Of a stretch of 64,000 bases of DNA, positions 10,000 through 19,672 are shown in pieces; position 1 is the first letter of the stretch; every line of letters starts with the position of its first letter. Both the position numbers and the translations under genes were made by a program. The DNA is from Bdellovibrionales bacterium (GTDB taxonomy: Bacteria > Bdellovibrionota > Bdellovibrionia > Bdellovibrionales > UBA1609): positions 704,001 to 768,000 of the forward strand of contig OZ241456.1 in assembly GCA_965200875.1 (NCBI GenBank), given 5' to 3'. The notes beneath the pieces were generated by a model. The model made no database searches and had not been told where the DNA came from. It saw nothing but the letters and a program-made list of their open reading frames with translations.

Positions 10000-10216
10000 A
10001 GCAATGTCATTATGTATAAAACATATCCTGAATAATCCAGATAAAGAACTGCAAGAAGATATCCAAGCTCAAATTAAGTCTTTGCAAATGGTGAAAGACA
10101 CTGTGCTTAGTGTGCCTGATCCTGAAAAAATTATGTGTCCAATCCCTTGTGGACGTATTGCCAGATTCCTAATTTGGTTCTCTAATTTATTTACTAGTCA
10201 ACAAGCTAGTGAATAA
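9929..10216 (+). CDS. Small hypothetical protein
   Basis: GTG start after GGGA; weak resemblance to the preceding ORF. Confidence 0.45.
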   Translation: MRTKRIKILSAKKRKEIILTKLDKAMSLCIKHILNNPDKELQEDIQAQIKSLQMVKDTVLSVPDPEKIMCPIPCGRIARFLIWFSNLFTSQQASE

Positions 10217-10435
10217 GTAAAACTTCATAAAAACCAATTTTAAAGCTTTAAAAATATTACTGAAATGGCTGGAGCTATAGAACACGAATCAGAGATTTTC
10301 ATAAAGATTACCCTGTCTTTGTTTGAAATATACTATGAGCAATGGGTGACTTTTCTGGATGTTTTGTCAAATTCTCAATGGTTTGGTTGTTATGTAAAAT
10401 CAGCTGGAATGGAAGCCATTATTTACCCATCTATT

Positions 10436-12856
10436 TTATCGTTTCCATTTTATTTTTCTAAGATACCACACATCACCTTTAATTTTATCACCTGAATTGT
10501 AATACACCCCACTAAAATCATGTCTTTGACCTGTCCTGTATTCTTTTCCATATATCCGCTTTTCTCCTCCAATAAGCCATATTAAACACAAATTCTCCTG
10601 CATTAAATATGAGTTTAAAATATCTGTCTTGATAAGGGCAGATGATGGTCCTGTTAAACAAATACTTGGATCTGTAAACACAGGATAATTTCTTTTATCT
10701 TTCCAGTATTTGTATTGTCTTGGTGGATAGCACAAACTTAATTTATCGATCAATATTTGAGAAGGCAAATAAAAGGATATACCATTATCCATAGAGCGAT
10801 CTTCACTCTCCCATGTGTAGCGACTCACCGGAACAAAATATTTTACTTTACACACATCATTGTTTGTTCGTAGCTCTGTGTGCCACTCGTCTATTGTGTC
10901 ATTATTTTTGTTGGAATATTCTTTCAAAAATTCTGTTTTTCCACCTATTAAATCACCAAGTCCGCAGAGTTCTTGATTTTTAATTTTTTCTAGGAATACT
11001 TTTTTATCTTTTTCTAGGATGATGATAGTGTTGATTCTAAACCATAGCTCCAATTTGTAAAAATCGGTTTCCTCTGTTTTAATTTGTGACATATCTTTTT
11101 GTTGTACTACAAAATTAAAAAGAATAGTCCAAAGGTTGTTATTGTCATCAGGATTCTTTATCTGTAGAATTTTTTTAAAATCTGGAGCATTGTTTTTTGA
11201 TTTCAACCATTCTTCTTGTTTTTCGATAGTGTTTTCAGGGAACTGTGTTAAATGAGGTTGCCACCAACACTTTGGAATATTGTCTCTTTGATCGTCATAT
11301 TTTGTCTTCCGTAAATAACAAGTGGGATCAATATCTCTTAATAATAACTGCCAAGGACCTTCATACTGTTTTTTGTCATCATATTCTTTGATATAATGAA
11401 CATTATCCGCTAAATGAGCTAATAATTTATGAAGAGCAATCCACTGATATTTTTTTCCGATTCTTTCGATAGGATTTTTTCTCTCTCTAGAGGAAGAACA
11501 CATAATGTTTTCAAAATTTTTAAATAATTCTTTTTTCCAACCCATTTCATAAACTTGTTTGCATATCCAACGTTTAGCCCATTGCCGACTGAAAGTGGCG
11601 GGCCTGTCATCCATAAATCTATCTTCAAACAACCACCTGAAGTGTTCTTTTTGTTTTTCATCAAAGGTTTCTATAAATCTATTTTTCTCTTTTGATGATT
11701 GTTCTCTGTGCTTCTCTTTTAGAGAGTTATATTGTGTTAAATATTTATCATAAAGATTTTTTTGTTCTTTACTTAATATATCTATAAATTTTCTTTTAAG
11801 CTCCACCCCTGTTTCTGGATGTGTTTTAGTTAATGGAGTGGGTGAAAAGGAGTGAACACAGCTCATAGTATAAATTCCAAAATCCCCGGCAAAACCCATT
11901 AATGAATGATGTACAGAGCTATATTGCATATCATCTAAAGCTTCTATTTCTGAGTTTGATGGATTTTCAATAGGCCAGTCACTTTTATAAGGAGGACGAA
12001 AATTCTCTGGGTTTATTTCATCAGAGAGCAAGTTTTGATGATATGCAAATTCTAAAACACTTCTGGCGTAATCTCTTAATAATATATGGGGCACAGGTTT
12101 TTCTGTTTCGAATACCTGTTTATAAGTTTTTTCTGCAATTTTTGTAATCAAGTCTTTATTTTCCATATTCAAAACGACACCATAAGCAATGGCATACAGC
12201 CGTTCTTTCACATATAGATCATCCACCTCTGAAAACTTACTCATTAATTCCAATAAATATTCAGGATACTTTGATAAAATGACAATAGCTGACTTTGTTG
12301 CTTTATCTCTTAATTCTCTATGAGAGGATGTTGTAACCCAAATCAATGTTATTGCATAAAGCCTTACCATCTCAGGTTCCAGATTTTGAAAAGTATTGGA
12401 GAGTGAAGTTCGCTCTGCTGAATAAGGCCAGTCAATTAGTTTTTTTACAGTCAAATTTTCACTCATAGAATAAGAGCAAGAAATTTGAGTGGACCAAAGC
12501 TTATCTCTTTCAGTGAGTGTTTTATCAATTAGTATTTTATGAAGTAAATCTGCATTCCAAGGATGATCAGGTTTTATAGATAGTTGTAACAAAATATCTA
12601 ATTTTGGATTATTAAAATCATTGCATGAAATTTGTTGTAATAATTCATCAGTTCTTGCAGTAAAAGAATCAGCAGAACGCCACAAAGTTGAATTTTTAAA
12701 AACAGTGTCTATTAACCATCTCTTTTTATCTTCTTCTATTCTTGAAGCATATTCATCTTCAGATGATTTGTAGTGCTTTAAAAGTGGTCCTTTAGTCGTA
12801 TAATCAATGAGGTCAAATAACTCCACTTTAAAGTGCTCAGCAATACAGACATACAA
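10436..12856 (-). CDS. C-terminal part of a frameshifted nuclease-STAND (Avs-like) antiphage protein
   Basis: RELRDKATK, DDLYVKERLYAIAYG, ERIGKKYQWIA motifs; frame stays open upstream to 12976. Confidence 0.7.
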   Translation of the reverse strand: MYVCIAEHFKVELFDLIDYTTKGPLLKHYKSSEDEYASRIEEDKKRWLIDTVFKNSTLWRSADSFTARTDELLQQISCNDFNNPKLDILLQLSIKPDHPWNADLLHKILIDKTLTERDKLWSTQISCSYSMSENLTVKKLIDWPYSAERTSLSNTFQNLEPEMVRLYAITLIWVTTSSHRELRDKATKSAIVILSKYPEYLLELMSKFSEVDDLYVKERLYAIAYGVVLNMENKDLITKIAEKTYKQVFETEKPVPHILLRDYARSVLEFAYHQNLLSDEINPENFRPPYKSDWPIENPSNSEIEALDDMQYSSVHHSLMGFAGDFGIYTMSCVHSFSPTPLTKTHPETGVELKRKFIDILSKEQKNLYDKYLTQYNSLKEKHREQSSKEKNRFIETFDEKQKEHFRWLFEDRFMDDRPATFSRQWAKRWICKQVYEMGWKKELFKNFENIMCSSSRERKNPIERIGKKYQWIALHKLLAHLADNVHYIKEYDDKKQYEGPWQLLLRDIDPTCYLRKTKYDDQRDNIPKCWWQPHLTQFPENTIEKQEEWLKSKNNAPDFKKILQIKNPDDNNNLWTILFNFVVQQKDMSQIKTEETDFYKLELWFRINTIIILEKDKKVFLEKIKNQELCGLGDLIGGKTEFLKEYSNKNNDTIDEWHTELRTNNDVCKVKYFVPVSRYTWESEDRSMDNGISFYLPSQILIDKLSLCYPPRQYKYWKDKRNYPVFTDPSICLTGPSSALIKTDILNSYLMQENLCLIWLIGGEKRIYGKEYRTGQRHDFSGVYYNSGDKIKGDVWYLRKIKWKR

Positions 12857-12972
12857 TGCTTCAATAATACCTTGTAAAAAGTAAGTATTATTATTGATAA
12901 AAATATTTCCAAGTGGGGTGTTTTTTTTGAAATATGGTTTGAGGTTTTTCGTGGTGAAAGGAAATGAGGTTT

Positions 12973-15078
12973 TTAATTTTTTTTGTAAAATAACAGTTTT
13001 AATTTATTGATTGTTTTTTCAAAAGAAGATAAAGGATTGTTGATTATGTGTTTTTGTATCAAGCTTTCAGCAATAAAATAATCACTGAATCGCTCATAGG
13101 TAAAACGTACAATTGGTTCTTCTTTTTTATTTGATGAAAACGCTGAAACTTCATCTGAAATAGATATAATATCTTCAGATAAAATGCCTTCGTTTAAAAG
13201 CTCATTAAATAAACATCCAGTGTTTGGTTGTGGATCACAGTTTTGTATAATTTCTCTTGCTTTTTTCGTTTGAAGACCATCAAGATTACCAGGAAACAGA
13301 TGCAAAGCAAATGACTGAAGAGCTTTTGAAACTATTGTCTCTTTTTCTCTGTATTGCTTTTTTCTATTGATAGTGCTTGAAACAGCATTAATATAAAAAT
13401 CAAATATTTTTTTAATTCCAGTTAATCCTGTTGGAAATTGATTTTCACCTTCTTCCTTTAGAGCTTTACAGTAAATCTTCACAAACAATGGATTGAAAAA
13501 CTCTGGTTCCATTATAGGCGTGTTTAGAACAAAAATATCTTGTTTCTCAAGGTATTTATATGTTTCATTTGGATCAGAAAATCCTGTATGCTTTATCTCT
13601 ATTGTTAATTTTTCTTCAGTTTGTTCTTTATCAGAATTTTTGACTTCATCAGGCAGAAGATACTCACGATAAGTAGAGCGACAACTAAAAACCAAGGCTA
13701 TATGAAGATATTCTTTTAACTCTGTAACTAAATTTATAATATGGTTTTTCCAATCTTCTTTATGAGGGCCTTCATTAATAGCATCAATAATAATCAAAGT
13801 TCTTGTTGAGCAAGCTTCTCCAAGAGCATTCAAAGCACCTAGAATCTCTTTATGAGAGTTATTATTTAAATCAAGTGCGTTGGAAATAAATTTTAGAGGA
13901 TCGCCTCCTTCATAATGTTGCCCTAAAAGAAACAAAGCCGGTAAATTATTATTTAAACGATTTAAAGTAATATCACACAATAAATGTGATTTTCCCGCTC
14001 CAGCATCTCCTGACAACAATATTGTTTTTTTGACAAAAGCCATCATATCTTTACTACATAAAAAATTAGATAATTTACTATGAGCGTTCATAAATATATT
14101 AAGAGCATTTTGGATTTTTTGTGCATTTCTTGATATTTGATCATTATATATATGCTCAGGTGCAGTAAAAATATCTTCCACAGTTTTTTTTAATTCATCA
14201 TATTTTTCAAAAAATGTATTTTCTTTTATGATTCTCTTTAATAAATTTGATAATTTATTCACATTGGGTTTTATGTTTCCCCATATATCATTTATTTCTT
14301 CTGCTGGTTTTTTGGATTTCTTCTCTATTGAGGAAGTATTATTTTGATTTATTCTCTCAGTTGTAAGCTGTAGATTTTGCAATTGTTCAAACCATTTATT
14401 TGCAATGGATAAAAATCTTTTGTTCCAATTGGGTGTAAGTCCAATACCATCAAAAGATTTTGCTATAGGAAGTTCAATATTAAGCTCAGGAGAAAACCTA
14501 TCTCCAAGTGAGTTTTTGGATTTTTCTGCAATACTTTTAAGGTGTTGAATTTGTAAAATAGAGGAATTAAACCAATATAGAGAACGACCAGAAAAGTGAG
14601 GATCATCTTTACTCAACATATTAAAAATTTCACTAGCTCCCCAAAACACAAACTCAACATTCATATTTTTTGAGTCTGCTATTTCTTTCCATTTCTTTAT
14701 TTTTTTATTCCAATTATCTAATTGACTATTCTGATTATCTTTTCTTGGGTCTGTTCTGTCTAAAGGGAGACAAATATAATATTTTTTCAATTTTGGATGT
14801 TTTTTCAAGGCCGTTTCAACAGATTTAGATATTTGAGCCCATTGACTTTTTTCTAATTTGAAAAAGTACTTTGCTTGCCAAGCATATTCTGAATCATCTT
14901 TTAGTTTCCAAAAACATTCAACTCCAGCATCTCCACCAGAACCTTCTTTTCTGATAAAACACTTTGCATTTTCTGGACGAGATAATCTGGCAAGCTGGCA
15001 AATTAACTCTTCAAAAGCGTTATTCTGACTGCCTTTATAGGTTCGTATTTTAGTAAAATCCAAGCTGTTTATATTCAT
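12973..15078 (-). CDS. N-terminal part of a frameshifted nuclease-STAND NTPase (PD-(D/E)xK-like domain plus NACHT-like ATPase)
   Basis: FEELICQL...GDAGVE...WQAKYF; Walker A GDAGAGKS; Walker B IIIDAINE; NPLF; FTYERFSDY. Confidence 0.75.
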   Translation of the reverse strand: MNINSLDFTKIRTYKGSQNNAFEELICQLARLSRPENAKCFIRKEGSGGDAGVECFWKLKDDSEYAWQAKYFFKLEKSQWAQISKSVETALKKHPKLKKYYICLPLDRTDPRKDNQNSQLDNWNKKIKKWKEIADSKNMNVEFVFWGASEIFNMLSKDDPHFSGRSLYWFNSSILQIQHLKSIAEKSKNSLGDRFSPELNIELPIAKSFDGIGLTPNWNKRFLSIANKWFEQLQNLQLTTERINQNNTSSIEKKSKKPAEEINDIWGNIKPNVNKLSNLLKRIIKENTFFEKYDELKKTVEDIFTAPEHIYNDQISRNAQKIQNALNIFMNAHSKLSNFLCSKDMMAFVKKTILLSGDAGAGKSHLLCDITLNRLNNNLPALFLLGQHYEGGDPLKFISNALDLNNNSHKEILGALNALGEACSTRTLIIIDAINEGPHKEDWKNHIINLVTELKEYLHIALVFSCRSTYREYLLPDEVKNSDKEQTEEKLTIEIKHTGFSDPNETYKYLEKQDIFVLNTPIMEPEFFNPLFVKIYCKALKEEGENQFPTGLTGIKKIFDFYINAVSSTINRKKQYREKETIVSKALQSFALHLFPGNLDGLQTKKAREIIQNCDPQPNTGCLFNELLNEGILSEDIISISDEVSAFSSNKKEEPIVRFTYERFSDYFIAESLIQKHIINNPLSSFEKTINKLKLLFYKKN

Positions 15079-15292
15079 AGGTTGCAATTTTAAAATATTT
15101 TTCAAATGAAAATCAACTATAAAACAGATATCAAGTGGGTATTTGATGGATTGTTGGCAAAATAAGAATATGAGAAAGATTATATGGTTTTTCTTTTTTT
15201 ACTGGTTGAAAGAAATAAGAAAAAGAGCTTATTTTATGAAATTCGGTATTTTTAATTCTTAAAAACAGCATTTTTTCACGGACGACTAAGTA

Positions 15293-15470
15293 CTGGCCTG
15301 TGAAAAAAGGGTGTTTGTGTAAGGAAAAAGATGTCATATTTTCTAAACCCAGTAAGATTCTTAACGGCGTGGGATTGAAAATCCGACAACATGGTATTTC
15401 ATTTGCTCTTGTGAAACAGAATGATAAAGAGGTATAATATCTTCAGCGGAAGTTTTTTTTACAGGTCAAG
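15293..15470 (+). mobile_element. MITE-like element, family B
   Basis: Ends CTGGCCTGTGAAAAAA / TTTTTTACAGGTCAAG; flanked by CGACTAAGTA (15283-15292) and CGACTAAATA (15471-15480). Confidence 0.55.
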
Positions 15471-15521
15471 CGACTAAATAAAAGCAGGAGGTTTAATATC
15501 AGTGGAGTCTGAAAAATAAAA

Positions 15522-17012
15522 ATGCAATACTTTAAAACTCAAATTCAGGAAATCAACTCATATAAAAGCCTGTGTTGGTATGGGTGTTTTCTTTCTTTGA
15601 CTCATGTAGTGACTTTTTTTTTCTTTCACAATAACGGTACTGTTTATAACTTCTTAACAAAGAACGCGAATACACTCTGTTGGCCTCAGCTACCTTTTTG
15701 CGAATATTTGCGTTTTCTGTCTCCTGCAGGAGTACAGGTGTTGCTGTATGTGTATCTGTGTATGGCTCTTTTTGCGGTCTTTTTATTTTTATACTCTGCC
15801 TGTTTAAAATCTTCATTATTTGTTTCTTCTGGGATAGGAGCAAGTGGGGAAGGTGTGAGTGGACTCAGTGTGAGTGAACTCAGTGTGAGTAAAAAACCTG
15901 TTCTATATGCTTACTGCCTTTTACTGATTATTAATATAATAAAGGTTTATATATTTTTTATGGATTATCGATTTATGGGTAATTATCATTATATGCCTTT
16001 TCTGATTTCTTTCGTGTTTTTGTTTATCCCGCAAAAGCTTTTTTTCATCCCTTTGTTGATAGTTTGTTTTTATTTTTTTGCAGGCTTGTTAAAAGTCAGC
16101 AATTTGGATTGGCTGACAGGATTGGCTTTTCCTGAAAATCTTAATTTCCCTTTGTTCTTTAATGAGAATATAAAATTGATTCTTTGTTTTTATGTTGTTT
16201 GTTTGGAAATAATTGGTGTCTGGTTTTTGGTTTTCATTCAAACGAATTGTAAAGGGAAAGAGCTGTTAAGCTTTTTTACTTTTTTCAAGAGAAAAACATT
16301 AGCAAGAAAAAGCAGAAGTATGGATATAAAAACAATCTGGAAAATTATGATATATTTTCAGCTTATACTGTTTCATGCTCTGTCTTATTTCATCGTGGGA
16401 TACTTTTATCCTTTGATAATGTTTTGTCTGCTTTCGTTGTTCTTTTTTATGTTTATCCTGAATGAAAAGTCTGATATACTCTACAGGTTTGATTGGAAAT
16501 TTCATAACCTCAAATCCAAACGGCTCAGGCCGAGTTTCTTAAAAATTAAAAACAAAATATCGTATTCTTTAGGTATAAGAACTGAAAACATGTTGCCTGG
16601 AATTGTATTTATGTGTTTGGTGGTATTTGGAAATTTGTTGTCTGTTTTTATTCCGGGTTCAGCTGGTTTAACAGGAGAAGGTCGGTGGTACGGTTTGAAT
16701 ATGTACGATGCTCATACTCAATGTGACAGTCAGATTTTTTTAAAATTTAAAAATAAAATCGTCCAGGAATCTTTTTCAGGATATAATGAGTATGCTTTGC
16801 GCATTCGATGTGATCCTTATATTGATTTTAATACAGTAAAGAAAATCTGTGCATTCTATAAAAAATACCCGGAGTTTATGAATTTAGATTGGTCTTTTTA
16901 CAGTAAACTAAGATCGGATTTAAATTATAAGAGGCTTGTTAATGAAAAAAATGTATGTGGTAAAAATTTGAAATATTTTTCCTGGAGAAAGAATCATTGG
17001 ATAGGTTATTAA
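15522..17012 (+). CDS. Polytopic membrane protein, HTTM-like
   Basis: Many TM segments; NYHYM, YFFAGLLK, GEGRWYGLNMYD. Confidence 0.6.
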   Translation: MQYFKTQIQEINSYKSLCWYGCFLSLTHVVTFFFFHNNGTVYNFLTKNANTLCWPQLPFCEYLRFLSPAGVQVLLYVYLCMALFAVFLFLYSACLKSSLFVSSGIGASGEGVSGLSVSELSVSKKPVLYAYCLLLIINIIKVYIFFMDYRFMGNYHYMPFLISFVFLFIPQKLFFIPLLIVCFYFFAGLLKVSNLDWLTGLAFPENLNFPLFFNENIKLILCFYVVCLEIIGVWFLVFIQTNCKGKELLSFFTFFKRKTLARKSRSMDIKTIWKIMIYFQLILFHALSYFIVGYFYPLIMFCLLSLFFFMFILNEKSDILYRFDWKFHNLKSKRLRPSFLKIKNKISYSLGIRTENMLPGIVFMCLVVFGNLLSVFIPGSAGLTGEGRWYGLNMYDAHTQCDSQIFLKFKNKIVQESFSGYNEYALRIRCDPYIDFNTVKKICAFYKKYPEFMNLDWSFYSKLRSDLNYKRLVNEKNVCGKNLKYFSWRKNHWIGY

Positions 17013-17124
17013 ACAGGTGGAGCTTTTGAGATTCGCTGATTACTAACCGGTCACTTTTATTGCAGATAAAGAAAAAATATGTTTTTTAGCTGTTTGAATA
17101 TAAGAAGGAAACAAAGAGTAAAAA

Positions 17125-18393
17125 ATGGGTTTAAAAAAAAAGAATGTATTTATTGTTGGAACAATTCTGTTTTGTTTTATTTTGTTACTTTTTTATTTTG
17201 TGAAAGCTTTAAAATACATGAAAGTCTATTCTAGGAATAATACTGTGTATCATATTGTGCATCACTCCAATAAATCCGTGCGCGAAAATCCCATTAAAAT
17301 CACTTCTCAATTTAGACAGGATTTCAAGAAAAAAGGAGTGGCTGAAGGTATGTTTAATTTGCAAGGGCAGGTAAGACATTTACTGGAAAAAATCAACGGT
17401 TCTTTCCATAGTACAAGTAAAGCCACGCCGGCAGTGGATGCAAGCGGTATTTATATAGGAGCTGACGACGGGTGGTTTTACAAGTTAAGCCATCAGGGAA
17501 AGGTTATTTGGAAAGTTTATTTTGCTAGGACGGATCAGGGTATTCATGGTACAGCTTTATTAAGTGATCAATATCTTTGGATAGGAACTTATAATGGTAC
17601 TTTACATTGTCTGAAAAAGGATACAGGAAAAATAGTGTGGACACTCACTTTAGGTGACACCATTGTTTCTTCTCCTTCCTTTTACAGGGGTTTGATTATT
17701 GTTCCTGTGGGAGTGAGCTTTCTTTCCCCTTCAGGATATGTCGCTGGAATATCCGCAAAAGATGGGAAGTTGAAGTGGAAAACATCTTTAATTTCGGCAC
17801 ATATTTATTCTTCTGTGGCGATTCATCCTGAGAAAGGCTACGGCGTAACAGGCGCAAATAATGGTTTGTTGTTAAAAATTGATCTTAATACTGGTCAGCT
17901 TTTATGGACTTTGCAATTAAAAGGAGTTATTAATAGTACTCCTTTAATTCATAAAAATTATATTTATGTGAGTAACCAAGGTAATCAATTTGCCATGATA
18001 AATGAGAAGGGACAATTAATATGGGAAGTGGATATAAAAACCCGTTCAAAAAGCTCTCCAACTTATGTGCCAGATCGGGAGTATTTAATTTTTTCCACTT
18101 ACGGAAATAGTCGGCTTTTTGCTGTGTCAGCTAATACAGGTTCTTTAATTTGGCAAAGGTTCATTTCCAATGATAACTCTCTGAGCAGTGGGGTGAGTTT
18201 TTTTTCCAAAAAGCATGGAAGATATTTATTTTTGTTTCCCTGTAAAAAAGCAACGATTTGTATAATTGATCCAAATAATGGAAACTCTTTGAAGAAAATT
18301 TACACAGGTTTCTTATTGACTGGCAGTTTTGGTTCTTTTAAAAATCATTTTTATATGAATTTTAGTAATGGAGGGGTATCAGTTTTATATTGA
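17125..18393 (+). CDS. PQQ-like beta-propeller repeat protein with N-terminal anchor
   Basis: Repeated xxxTGKIVW / GKLKW / GQLLW tryptophan-docking motifs. Confidence 0.8.
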   Translation: MGLKKKNVFIVGTILFCFILLLFYFVKALKYMKVYSRNNTVYHIVHHSNKSVRENPIKITSQFRQDFKKKGVAEGMFNLQGQVRHLLEKINGSFHSTSKATPAVDASGIYIGADDGWFYKLSHQGKVIWKVYFARTDQGIHGTALLSDQYLWIGTYNGTLHCLKKDTGKIVWTLTLGDTIVSSPSFYRGLIIVPVGVSFLSPSGYVAGISAKDGKLKWKTSLISAHIYSSVAIHPEKGYGVTGANNGLLLKIDLNTGQLLWTLQLKGVINSTPLIHKNYIYVSNQGNQFAMINEKGQLIWEVDIKTRSKSSPTYVPDREYLIFSTYGNSRLFAVSANTGSLIWQRFISNDNSLSSGVSFFSKKHGRYLFLFPCKKATICIIDPNNGNSLKKIYTGFLLTGSFGSFKNHFYMNFSNGGVSVLY

Positions 18394-18478
18394 CGGAAAG
18401 TTTCGATTTATGCACTGATCTGCAATATCCATCACCTGTTTTGGTTGATCTTTTCAAGCGTTCTGAAGTCTTAGACTA

Positions 18479-18710
18479 GTCGGGTCTGAATAAGTCTGTT
18501 TAGTGAGAGTAATACTTCACCGCTCGGTCTCAAACATGCGTTTTGCCACACACGCGTCTTTTCAGCTACGGTGTGCTCAAAGCCGAACTCGCCTCAAGGT
18601 CAAGTATCGGTAAGATCTTTTTCACTGATACTTTTTGCAAGAAAACAAAGGTTGTATTGTAAAACCTTGCAATTTTTCCCGAAGCTTTTGTAAAAAAATC
18701 CAGTGATTAC
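18479..18710 (-). mobile_element. Family A element copy 2 (inverted relative to copy 1)
   Basis: Reverse complement of ~8420-8664 with an 11-nt deletion and few substitutions. Confidence 0.8.
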
Positions 18711-19067
18711 AGTGTATTAAAAGCTTTTCCCTGTTCCACTTTTATAGAGTATTGGAATATTAAAAAAAATTAATTTTTTTTACGATAAAAGCCGATTAAC
18801 TTTAAAGACCATAAATTTTAATAAGGAAATAAATGTGAAAGGAATCCAAAGAAAAACCCTCTCTACCCCCCCCCTCATGCACTGCGTTATAAGCTGATCC
18901 AGATATTCTCAGGTTTTAAGCAGTTTTTGGCTTTTGCAAAAATAGCAGGATTGTTCAAATACCTTACACGATTACTCAGATTAAATCAGATGTTCTTCTC
19001 TATTGAATCCTCTCCGCAATCCGCATCGCATGTTGCAGTTGTCCCCTTTGTTTTCAGGGGCAATAGT

Positions 19068-19658
19068 ATGAAAAAAAATGCGGGCTATACTCTTATTGAG
19101 ATTCTGGTAACAATAGGCATTCTTTCTATAATAAGCGGTGTCGCTTATGTCTCTTATAACGACCAAGTACTCAGAGCTAATAAAAATGACCTTAAGATTC
19201 ACGCTGAGCTTTTTGCTAGTTCTGTTAAAAACTGTATTTCCATAAACGGAGGTTGGTCGGTTGGGGTATTGAACTCGGCTGGTGAACCCGATGGAACAAT
19301 CAAGCCTTGTAATACAGATGATCGCACCGATCCAAGTAAAGAAAAAGATAAATTAAAATCCAAGCTAGATTTTACCTGCCCGGCAGATGCGGAATGCTTT
19401 ACATTCACAAGAACGAATAAGAATCCTGATGATAATAAGAATTTTACCTGCTTATATATTGAGAAAGAAGTATCTGGAAAAAAACTTCAGATGATTTCCC
19501 GTGTTCAATGGAGTAACCCAAGTTATTACCAAATATTGTGTGGTGAAGTAACGGCTTATGTTCAAAAAGGGCCAACAACATGCAAAAAATCTAAACACTC
19601 TCACTTAGTAACCGCAGGGTTAGCAGATGCGAATGGAATAAAAGAATGTAATTGGTAA
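19068..19658 (+). CDS. Type IV pilin-like protein (prepilin N-methylation motif)
   Basis: MKKNAG/YTLIEILVTIGILSII: class III signal peptide with E5. Confidence 0.85.
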   Translation: MKKNAGYTLIEILVTIGILSIISGVAYVSYNDQVLRANKNDLKIHAELFASSVKNCISINGGWSVGVLNSAGEPDGTIKPCNTDDRTDPSKEKDKLKSKLDFTCPADAECFTFTRTNKNPDDNKNFTCLYIEKEVSGKKLQMISRVQWSNPSYYQILCGEVTAYVQKGPTTCKKSKHSHLVTAGLADANGIKECNW

Positions 19659-19672
19659 TAAAAAGGTTAAAA

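Noticed and set aside
18927..19067. N-terminal extensions from the ORF track (18927, 1353, 25976, 40298, 56484, 57805)
   Set aside because: Downstream ATGs fit RBS position, signal peptides or family N-termini better
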